Source: Gemmatimonadota bacterium (GTDB taxonomy: Bacteria; Gemmatimonadota; Gemmatimonadetes; Gemmatimonadales; GWC2-71-9). Taken from it: a stretch of 64,000 nt of DNA. The translations under genes and the position numbers were made by a program. The notes beneath the pieces were generated by a model. It was not told the DNA's origin and did no database searches. It saw nothing but the letters and a program-made list of their open reading frames with translations. Below are positions 54,274 to 61,874 of the stretch, in pieces. Location of the stretch: positions 8,941 to 72,940 of the forward strand of contig JAEUJI010000182.1 of assembly GCA_016794805.1 (NCBI GenBank). Reading direction: 5' to 3'. Position 1 is the first letter of the stretch. Each line of letters starts with the position of its first letter.

Positions 54274-56571
54274 ATGCAGTTCACCGATGAGTGGCTGGTC
54301 CAGACCATCGAGAAGCTCCTGGATGCGGAGCTGATCGCCACGCTCCGCGCGGAGCCGGCGCAGGATCCGCAGTCGCTGTGGGCGACGGTGGTGCAGCGGA
54401 AGCTGGTGAGCGACGACGAGATCCTGCGCGCGGCGGCCGCGCGGTTCCGCCTGCCGGTCGCGGACCTGTCGGTCCTCGACCGCAGCATGCGCGACGCGGT
54501 GCCGGAGCCGCTGGTGCGGCGCTTCGGCATCCTGCCGCTGCGCCAGACCGACTCCCTGCTCGAGATCGCCACCGCCAATCCCTTCGACATCGATGCCGAG
54601 AAGGACCTCGCCTTCGCCACGGGGCGGGAGGTGCGGTCGTTCCTCTGTTCGCCGCTCAAGATCCGGGAGAAGGTGGACGAGGTCTATCGCGGCGGCGGCA
54701 CCGATGTCGTGGCGGCGCTGCTGGGCGGGATGGACAGCGGCCTCGAGATCACCCAGCTGGACGAGAACGACAGCGTCACCGACCTTGCCGCCTCCGCGGA
54801 GGAGGCGAGCCAGCGCCCGGTGGTGCGCCTGGTGGACCTCATGCTGTCGGACGGCATCCTCTCCCGGGCGAGCGACATCCACATCGAGCCGGGCGAGGCC
54901 GGGGTGGCGGTGCGCTACCGGATCGACGGCGTGCTGCGGCAGGTGATGAACATCCCCCGCAGCGCGGGCGCGCCCCTCATCTCGCGCATCAAGATCATGT
55001 CCGGGCTGGACATCGCCGACCGGCTGCGGCCGCAGGACGGCCGGGCGCGGGTCGCGGTGAACGGGTCGCCGGTGGACCTCCGGGTCTCGACCCTCCCCGC
55101 CTCGATGGGCGAGAAGGTCGTGATCCGGATCCTGAATGCCAAGGCGACGGTGCTCACCCTCGAGTCGCTGGGCATGTCGGTGGAGGAGCGGGCGCAGATG
55201 CAGGCGCTGCTCAACAACAAGGAAGGGGTCATCCTCGTCACCGGCCCCACCGGCTCCGGCAAGACGACCACGCTCTACTCGATGCTCCGGATGGTGCAGA
55301 GCGAGGGCGTGAACATCGTGACGGTGGAGGACCCGGTCGAGTACCGGCTGGGCAAGGGCATCGTGCAGGTGCAGGTGCACGAGAAGGCCGGCCTCACCTT
55401 CGCGGCCGCGCTGCGCTCGATCCTGCGCCAGGACCCGGACGTGGTGCTGGTGGGCGAGATCCGCGATCGCGAGACGGCGCAGATCGCGATCCAGGCCTCG
55501 CTCACCGGCCACCTGGTGCTCTCCACCCTCCACACCAACGACGCGCCCAACGCCGTCACCCGGCTGGTGGACATGGGCATCGAGGGCTACAAGCTGGCCT
55601 CGGCGCTGCGCGGGATCATTGCCCAGCGGCTCATGCGGAAGCTCTGTACCACGTGCCGCGAGACCACCGACCAGGCGCCCCCGGAGCGGATCCGCCGGTT
55701 CATCCCGGAAGGCACGAAGATCTACCGCCCCGTGGGCTGCCCCGACTGCTCGATGACCGGCTATCGCGGCCGGTTCAGCGTGGTGGAAGTCCTCACCATG
55801 AACATCGAAATGGAGCGGCTGATCGGGGGCGGCGCCACCGCGGAGAAGATCGCCGAAGCCGCCCGGCTCAACGGGATGAAGTCGCTGTTCGACAGCGGCC
55901 TCAAGCACGTGCTGGCCGGCGAGACCAGCACCGACGAGCTGCTGCGGGTGGTGGACGTGCCGATGGCGGATGGCGGCGCGGCGGGAAGCGGACGGATCTC
56001 CGGCGGCGTCCCCGCGCCCAGGACCGACGGCGCGCCCCGGAAGACCCCCACGTCGAGCCCCGTGATCGCCGCCGTCGCGCCCGCCCCGCCGGTGGAGGCC
56101 CCGGCCCGGCGCATCCCCGAGGCGGATCTCTCCGGCGCCTTCGACCTGCTGGACGAGGAGGCCGCCCACGAGGTCTCCGGCGTGCGCCGGGCGCTCCGGG
56201 GCATTTCAGTCCTGCTGGTGGACGACGAGGACTCCCTCCGCAAGGTGATGAAGGACCTGCTCACCCGCGACGGCTACCAGGTGGTGGAGGCGCGCACCGG
56301 CATCGAGGCGCTGGACCAGACCGACCGGCACGCGCCGGACATCATCGTCCTCGACCTCAACCTCCCGGGCATGGACGGCTACTCGGTGCTCAAGGAACTC
56401 CGCACCCGGCCCGCCACCCAGAAGATCCCGGTCATCGTGCTGACCGCCAAGGGCGACGAGGACAATGAAGTGCGGGTCTTCGAGCTGGGGGCCGACGATT
56501 TCCTGAGCAAGCCGTTCCGCGCCAAGGCGCTCTCGAAGCGGCTCGAAGTCGTTCTCGGCCGCCGGAAGTAA
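54274..56571 (+). CDS. GspE/PilB-family secretion ATPase fused to a C-terminal response-regulator receiver domain
   Basis: T2SSE N-domain, Walker A GPTGSGKTTT, Asp box, Walker B DPDVVLVGEIRD, His box GHLVLSTLHTND and a tetracysteine CTTC...CPDC. A Pro/Ala linker follows, then REC (LLVDDEDS, IIVLDLNLPGMDG, VLTAKG, LSKPF). Confidence 0.9.
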   Translation: MQFTDEWLVQTIEKLLDAELIATLRAEPAQDPQSLWATVVQRKLVSDDEILRAAAARFRLPVADLSVLDRSMRDAVPEPLVRRFGILPLRQTDSLLEIATANPFDIDAEKDLAFATGREVRSFLCSPLKIREKVDEVYRGGGTDVVAALLGGMDSGLEITQLDENDSVTDLAASAEEASQRPVVRLVDLMLSDGILSRASDIHIEPGEAGVAVRYRIDGVLRQVMNIPRSAGAPLISRIKIMSGLDIADRLRPQDGRARVAVNGSPVDLRVSTLPASMGEKVVIRILNAKATVLTLESLGMSVEERAQMQALLNNKEGVILVTGPTGSGKTTTLYSMLRMVQSEGVNIVTVEDPVEYRLGKGIVQVQVHEKAGLTFAAALRSILRQDPDVVLVGEIRDRETAQIAIQASLTGHLVLSTLHTNDAPNAVTRLVDMGIEGYKLASALRGIIAQRLMRKLCTTCRETTDQAPPERIRRFIPEGTKIYRPVGCPDCSMTGYRGRFSVVEVLTMNIEMERLIGGGATAEKIAEAARLNGMKSLFDSGLKHVLAGETSTDELLRVVDVPMADGGAAGSGRISGGVPAPRTDGAPRKTPTSSPVIAAVAPAPPVEAPARRIPEADLSGAFDLLDEEAAHEVSGVRRALRGISVLLVDDEDSLRKVMKDLLTRDGYQVVEARTGIEALDQTDRHAPDIIVLDLNLPGMDGYSVLKELRTRPATQKIPVIVLTAKGDEDNEVRVFELGADDFLSKPFRAKALSKRLEVVLGRRK

Positions 56572-56580
56572 CCGGCCGCC

Positions 56581-57672
56581 ATGCTGCCCGATCCCGCGCC
56601 CGCCCTGGGCCTGATCAAGCCGTCCGTGCGAGCCCAGGCGGCATACACCCTCGACGCGCCGGTTACCGCCCGCAAGCTCAACCAGAACGAAGCGCCCGAG
56701 GACCTGCCCCCGCGCCTCAAGCAGGAGGTGCTGGCCCGAGCCGCGGCCGCGCCGTGGCACCGCTACCCCGGCTTCGTCCCCGTGGAGCTGGCGGGCCGGC
56801 TCGCGGCCCGGCACGGGTGGACCCCGGAGGGAGTGCTGGTCGGCAACGGCTCGAACGAGGTGATCCAGGCGGCGCTCACGGCACTGGTGGGCGAGGGGGA
56901 CGCCGTCGTCGCCCCGGCGCCCACCTTCTCCCTCTACCGCCTGCTCGCCGGCGTGGCCGGGGGGCGCTACGTGGCGGTCCCGCTGGGCACCGGCTTCCGC
57001 TACGACGTGGATGCCCTGGTCACCGCCGCCGGCCGGGAACAGGCCCCGGTGGTGGTCCTCAACAGTCCCAACAATCCCACCGGTTCGGCCCTGCCCGCGG
57101 ACGCCGTCGAGCGCCTCCTGGCCGAGACCGATGCCCTGATCCTGTGCGACGAGGCATACCAGGAGTTCGGCGGCCCCACGGCGGTGCCGTTGCTCAGTGT
57201 CTCCTCCAGGGTCATTGTGCTCCGCACCTTCTCCAAGGCCATGGGCATGGCCGGGCTCCGCTTCGGGTACGCCCTGGCCCACCCGGAGGTGGCGCGGGAA
57301 ATCGCCAAGGCCAAGCTGCCGTACAACGTGAACGCCGTGACCCTCGCGGCCGTCAGCGTCGCGCTGGAGCACGCCGCGGAGTTCGAAGCCCGCACCCGGA
57401 CGATCATCGCGGAGCGGGACCGGGTCCTCCCGCTGCTCGGCGCCCTCCCCGGCATCCAGGCGTTCCCCAGTGCCGGCAATTTCATCCTGTTCCGCTCGGC
57501 ACAGGTCCCGGCCCGGACCATCTTCCGGCGACTGGTGGAGGAATACGGGATACTGATCCGGGACGTCTCCGCCGCCCCCGGCCTCGCGGAATGCCTGCGG
57601 GTCTCGATCGGGACCCGTGAGGATATGGACGCGGTCCTGGCGGCGCTGGAAGCGATTCTGCAGGCGGACTAG
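56581..57672 (+). CDS. hisC: histidinol-phosphate aminotransferase
   Basis: KLNQNE, NSPNNPTG, and FSKAMGMAGLRFGY (PLP lysine). Confidence 0.93.
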   Translation: MLPDPAPALGLIKPSVRAQAAYTLDAPVTARKLNQNEAPEDLPPRLKQEVLARAAAAPWHRYPGFVPVELAGRLAARHGWTPEGVLVGNGSNEVIQAALTALVGEGDAVVAPAPTFSLYRLLAGVAGGRYVAVPLGTGFRYDVDALVTAAGREQAPVVVLNSPNNPTGSALPADAVERLLAETDALILCDEAYQEFGGPTAVPLLSVSSRVIVLRTFSKAMGMAGLRFGYALAHPEVAREIAKAKLPYNVNAVTLAAVSVALEHAAEFEARTRTIIAERDRVLPLLGALPGIQAFPSAGNFILFRSAQVPARTIFRRLVEEYGILIRDVSAAPGLAECLRVSIGTREDMDAVLAALEAILQAD

Positions 57673-57819
57673 GCTGGCGGACGGACGAGTGGGGAGTGAC
57701 GCTTCAGGGGTGAGGAGGTGCGGTCCCGCGGGTGTGGGGTTGGCGGGGTCTGGCCACACCCGTGGGGCCGCGCCGACGAGCCCCGCGTAGCAGCCGAAGT
57801 ACGAACCAGGCGAGGGACC

Positions 57820-58410
57820 ATGGGACGAATCGCGGAAGTCACCCGCAACACCAACGAGACCCGGATCCGCGTGCGCGTGGACCTGGACGGCAGCGGGCGC
57901 GCCGCGGTAAAGACCGGCATCGGCTTCTTCGATCACATGCTCGACGCCCTCGCCCGCCACGCCCTGCTCGACCTCGAGGTGGCATGCGCGGGCGACCTCC
58001 AGGTGGATGGCCACCACACCGTTGAGGATACCGGCATCGCCCTCGGGCAGGCCCTCGCCCAGGCCCTCGGGGACCGGGCCGGCATCCGGCGCTACGCCGA
58101 CGCCACGGTGCCGCTCGATGAGGCGCTGGTGCGCGCGGTCATCGACGTCTCCGGCCGCCCCTTCCTCGCCTATCACGTCGAGATCCCGAAGTGGCAGATG
58201 CTGGGGGACTACGACGTCTTCCTCACCGCGGAGTTCTTCCGGGCGCTGGTGCTCAACGCCGGGCTCACGGTGCACCTCGACCTGCTGCGGGGCGAGAATC
58301 CCCATCATGTCGTCGAGGCCACCTTCAAGGCCTTCGCCCGCGCGCTGGATCACGCCACCGGCCGGGACCCGCGGGTCACCGGCGCGCCGTCCACCAAGGG
58401 CACCCTGTGA
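57820..58410 (+). CDS. hisB: imidazoleglycerol-phosphate dehydratase (monofunctional)
   Basis: [57 protein letters not shown]. No N-terminal phosphatase domain. Confidence 0.95.
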   Translation: MGRIAEVTRNTNETRIRVRVDLDGSGRAAVKTGIGFFDHMLDALARHALLDLEVACAGDLQVDGHHTVEDTGIALGQALAQALGDRAGIRRYADATVPLDEALVRAVIDVSGRPFLAYHVEIPKWQMLGDYDVFLTAEFFRALVLNAGLTVHLDLLRGENPHHVVEATFKAFARALDHATGRDPRVTGAPSTKGTL

Positions 58411-59027
58411 TCGCGGTCGTGGACTACGGGGTGAACAACCTGCGGAGCGTAGTCCGCGCCGTCGTCGCCGGCGGCCACGAGGCCACCCTGACCGCGGACC
58501 CCGAGACCGTCCACCGGGCCGGACGGGTGCTGGTGCCGGGCGTCGGCAACTTCGGCCAGGCCTCCCGCAACCTCGCCGCCTCGGGGCTCGGCGCCGCGAT
58601 CCGGGAGGTGGCGGACGCCGGCCGGCCGGTCATGGGCATCTGCCTCGGGCTGCAGCTCTTCTTCCGCACCAGTGAGGAGGCGCCCGAGGCCGCGGGGCTC
58701 GGCCTCCTGCCGGGAACGGTGCGCCGTTTCCGCACCGACCTGCCGGTCCCGCACGTGGGCTGGTCCAGTGTGCGGCTGACCGCGGAGGGCACGCGCCACC
58801 CGGTGCTGGCCGGGCTGTTCCCGGACGGCGAGCAGTTCTTCTACCACGTGCACAGCTACCATCCGGCGGGACTGCCGGACGGCGTCGCGCTCGCCACCGC
58901 GGACTACGACGGGCCCTTTCCGACCATCGTCGGCCAGGGCAACGTCCTCGGCGCCCAGTTCCACCCCGAGAAGTCCCAGCAGGCCGGCATCGCGCTGCTG
59001 GCCCGGTTCGCCGAGTGGGCGCCGTGA
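58407..59027 (+). CDS. hisH: imidazole glycerol phosphate synthase, glutamine amidotransferase subunit
   Basis: [42 protein letters not shown] overlap with the hisB stop. Confidence 0.95.
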   Translation: MIAVVDYGVNNLRSVVRAVVAGGHEATLTADPETVHRAGRVLVPGVGNFGQASRNLAASGLGAAIREVADAGRPVMGICLGLQLFFRTSEEAPEAAGLGLLPGTVRRFRTDLPVPHVGWSSVRLTAEGTRHPVLAGLFPDGEQFFYHVHSYHPAGLPDGVALATADYDGPFPTIVGQGNVLGAQFHPEKSQQAGIALLARFAEWAP

Positions 59028-59542
59028 CCACCTTCCGGGTGGCCTTCGTGGACGTGTACGTGCTGCGCCAGGGCCCCGCCGGACTGGAGACGCTGATCCT
59101 GCGGCGCGCCGCGGGGGGGCGCTGCCCCGGCGCCTGGGAGACGGTGCACGGAAGCATCGAGGCCGGGGAGACGCCGGTGGCCGCGGCCCTCCGCGAGCTG
59201 ATGGAGGAAACCGGCCTCGCGCCGGCCCGGGTCTACAACCTGAGCCGGGTCGAGTCCTTCTACCGCCACGCAGCGGATGAAGTGGGGTTCATCCCGGGCT
59301 TCGCCGCCTTCGTGGACGGAGGCGCCTTCCGGCTCTCGGCGGAGCATGATGCCGGCGAATGGCTCCCGGTCCCCGCGGCGCAGGGCCGCCTGGCCTGGCC
59401 CCGGGAACGCCGGGCCCTCGACGACATCCAGCTCATCTTGTCTCGGGGGGATGCCGGGCCGCTCGCGGACGTTCTCCAGGTGGACCTGGGCATTGAGAGC
59501 GCCGCACCAATCGCCCAGCCGCCTAACCGCCCAACCGCCTGA
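59024..59542 (+). CDS. Nudix hydrolase
   Basis: Complete Nudix box [23 protein letters not shown] (Gx5Ex7REUxEExGU). GTG 59024 overlaps the hisH stop (GTGA); GTG 59015 is an alternative. Its TGA overlaps the hisF ATG. Confidence 0.85.
   Translation: MTTFRVAFVDVYVLRQGPAGLETLILRRAAGGRCPGAWETVHGSIEAGETPVAAALRELMEETGLAPARVYNLSRVESFYRHAADEVGFIPGFAAFVDGGAFRLSAEHDAGEWLPVPAAQGRLAWPRERRALDDIQLILSRGDAGPLADVLQVDLGIESAAPIAQPPNRPTA
59509..59540. repeat. four 8-nt units (AAYCGCCY, complement orientation of the RGGCGRTT family)
   Basis: aatcgccc agccgcct aaccgccc aaccgcct lies inside the last 11 codons of the Nudix ORF ([10 protein letters not shown]) and runs into the hisF start. Confidence 0.85.
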
Positions 59543-60297
59543 TGCTCGCCCGCCGCATCATCCCCTGCCTGGACGTGGCCGCGGGCCGCGTGGTCAAGGG
59601 CGTGCACTTCGAGTCGTTGCGCGATGCCGGCGATCCGGTGGAGCAGGCGGCGCGCTATGATGCCGAGGGGGCCGACGAGCTGGTGTTCCTCGATATCTCC
59701 GCCAGCCACGAGGCACGGGAAACGCTGCTCGAGATCGTCTCCCGCGTGGCGGACACGATCTTCATCCCCTTCACCGTCGGGGGCGGCATCCGCTCCGTCG
59801 AGGATGCCGGCCGCGCGCTCCGCGCCGGGGCGGACAAGGTGGCGGTGAACACCGCGGCGGTGCGCGATCCCGCGCTGGTGCGGCGGCTGGCGGACTCCTT
59901 CGGCTCCCAGTGCGTGGTGGCCGCGGTGGACGTGCGCCGGGTGCCGAACGGCGAGTGGCGGGTGCACGTCACCGGCGGCCGGGAGCCGACCCCGCTCGAG
60001 GGGATCGAGTGGATCCGCCGGCTGGAGCAGCTGGGCGCTGGCGAGATCCTGCTGACCTCGATGGACCGGGACGGCACCCGTCAGGGCTACGACCTTGACC
60101 TGCTCCGCGCCGCGTCGCGCCCGGTGCGCATCCCGGTGATCGCCTCCGGCGGCGCCGGGAACCTCGAGCACCTGGCCGACGGGCTCGCGGCCGGGGCGCA
60201 CGGGGTGCTGGCGGCGTCCATCTTCCACTTCCAGGGCTGCTCCCTGCCGGAGGCGCGTGCCTTCCTCCGCGAGCGCGGCATTCCGGTGCGACCATGA
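59542..60297 (+). CDS. hisF: imidazole glycerol phosphate synthase, cyclase subunit
   Basis: [33 protein letters not shown] and GADKV..NTAA are present in order. Confidence 0.97.
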   Translation: MLARRIIPCLDVAAGRVVKGVHFESLRDAGDPVEQAARYDAEGADELVFLDISASHEARETLLEIVSRVADTIFIPFTVGGGIRSVEDAGRALRAGADKVAVNTAAVRDPALVRRLADSFGSQCVVAAVDVRRVPNGEWRVHVTGGREPTPLEGIEWIRRLEQLGAGEILLTSMDRDGTRQGYDLDLLRAASRPVRIPVIASGGAGNLEHLADGLAAGAHGVLAASIFHFQGCSLPEARAFLRERGIPVRP

Positions 60298-61763
60298 ACG
60301 TGCTCCTGGCTGCTCTCGTCCTGGGTCTGGGCCTCACCGTGCCCGCCACGGTGACCGATCGGCGGACCGACGGTCCGTCGGGCCGTCGGGCCGCCGCCCC
60401 CTGCCTCCGGCTGAGCCGGGCGGGCACTCTGGTGAGCGGCGAGGTGAAGGTCTGTCCCGGCCGGTACCGGATCGCCGATCCTGCCGAGCGCGGGGTGATG
60501 ATCGTCAACGGGTCCGGGACCCGCATTGACCTGACGGGGGTCACGCTGGAGAGCGGCGACAGCCTGCCGGAGCGCTTCGTCGGCATCGGCATCGCCACCC
60601 GGGGCGCGGACAGCGTCACCATCCGGGGCGGCCGGGTCCGGGGCTACCGCTACGGCATCCGGATCGAGGGGGGGCGGGGCCACCGGGTGAGCGGGGTGAA
60701 CCTGTCGGGATCCCGGGCCCAGGCGCTGCGCTCCACCCCGGAGCGGTTCGACGAGGCCGACTGGCTCGACATCTTCCGCCCCGACACCTTCGAGACATAC
60801 GGCGCTGGGCTGTACCTCCGGCGCACCGAACGGGCCCAGGTCACCGGGATCATCGCCCGGGGCAGCCAGAACGGCATCGGCCTGTTCGAGAGCCGGGAGG
60901 CGTGGATCGCGGACAACGACGTCTCGGGCAATTCGGGGTGGGGCATCCACCTCTGGAAATCGTCGCGCAACACCATCCTTCGCAACGACGCCAGCCGCAG
61001 CGTCCGCTGCGAGAGCCCCGCCTATCGCCGCGGGTGTGACAGCGCCGCGCTGCTGCTGCGCCACGAGAGCGATTCCAACCTCGTCAGCGAGAACAACCTG
61101 ACCCGCTCCGGCGACGGCTTCTTCCTGAGCGGCCACCGGCCGCTGGTCCAGCCCTCGATCGGCAACCTCGTCATCCGCAACGACGCCAGCCACGCCTTTC
61201 ACAACGCCTTCGAGTCCACCTTCAGCTCGTGGAACAGCTTCATCGAGAACCGCGCCGACTCGAGCGACTACGGCTTCTGGCTCGGCTACTCCCGCGCCAA
61301 CGTGGTCCGCGGCAACATCATCCTCGGGAGCCGGACCGCCGGGATCGCCATCGAACATGGCGGCGAGACCACCCTGGCCGAGAACACGATCATCGGCGGC
61401 GAGGCCGGCATCCGGCTCTTCGCCCCGAGGCCGGAGGACGAGCCCAGCACCGACTACCGGGTGGACGACAACACTATTGCCCAGGTAGGGCGGGGAATCG
61501 TGCTGGAGCGCACCAGCCGGAGCCGCATCCGGGGCAATCTCTTTGATGGGGTGGGGGATGGACTGGTCGTGGACGGCGCCGGCAGCGGCTCGCAGGTTGC
61601 CGGCAACGTCTTCCTCTCCGCCCGGCGCTGGCTCATCGACGCGGTGGAGCTGGATGCCGGCGGAAACTTCTGGGGCCCCCCGGACGTGGCCCAGGCCCAG
61701 CGGCAGGTGCGGGGGCGGGTGGTGCTGCAGCCCTACCGACACGCGCAGGACGCGGGGTACTGA
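60294..61763 (+). CDS. secreted right-handed parallel beta-helix repeat protein (NosD/pectin-lyase-fold-like)
   Basis: Signal: [16 protein letters not shown]. It has many ~22-aa PbH1-type repeats ([51 protein letters not shown] ...). ATGA overlap with the hisF stop. Confidence 0.75.
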   Translation: MNVLLAALVLGLGLTVPATVTDRRTDGPSGRRAAAPCLRLSRAGTLVSGEVKVCPGRYRIADPAERGVMIVNGSGTRIDLTGVTLESGDSLPERFVGIGIATRGADSVTIRGGRVRGYRYGIRIEGGRGHRVSGVNLSGSRAQALRSTPERFDEADWLDIFRPDTFETYGAGLYLRRTERAQVTGIIARGSQNGIGLFESREAWIADNDVSGNSGWGIHLWKSSRNTILRNDASRSVRCESPAYRRGCDSAALLLRHESDSNLVSENNLTRSGDGFFLSGHRPLVQPSIGNLVIRNDASHAFHNAFESTFSSWNSFIENRADSSDYGFWLGYSRANVVRGNIILGSRTAGIAIEHGGETTLAENTIIGGEAGIRLFAPRPEDEPSTDYRVDDNTIAQVGRGIVLERTSRSRIRGNLFDGVGDGLVVDGAGSGSQVAGNVFLSARRWLIDAVELDAGGNFWGPPDVAQAQRQVRGRVVLQPYRHAQDAGY

Positions 61764-61874
61764 TCAGTCCAGCTGGTTGGCCTAGCTCACGAACTTGAAC
61801 CGGCCGCCGCGCTCCACGATCAGCCCGAACAGGCCGGCCCCTAGCGTGTCCGTTCGCTTGCCAGGCACCGAGTA

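Noticed and set aside
54274-54420. MshEN-type c-di-GMP-binding motif in the N-terminus of the GspE/PilB-REC protein (tempting given the two HD-GYP genes)
   Set aside because: I could not align the RLGxxLLxxGLLxxxxLxxxLxxQ pattern convincingly to MQFTDEWLVQTIEKLLDAELIATL. There is no support without a profile search.
51788-58353. Long minus-strand ORFs 51788..54019, 54160..56169 and 56206..58353
   Set aside because: All are antisense to well-supported plus-strand genes (OM protein, GspE-REC, hisC/hisB). Their R/G/H/D/E-rich composition has no motifs.
61780-61869. 29-aa minus-strand ORF (GTG...GLFGLIVERGGRFKFVS) in the lower-GC spacer after the histidine kinase
   Set aside because: It is very short, with no SD and no recognisable family. 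The spacer more likely holds terminator or promoter signals for the convergent genes.
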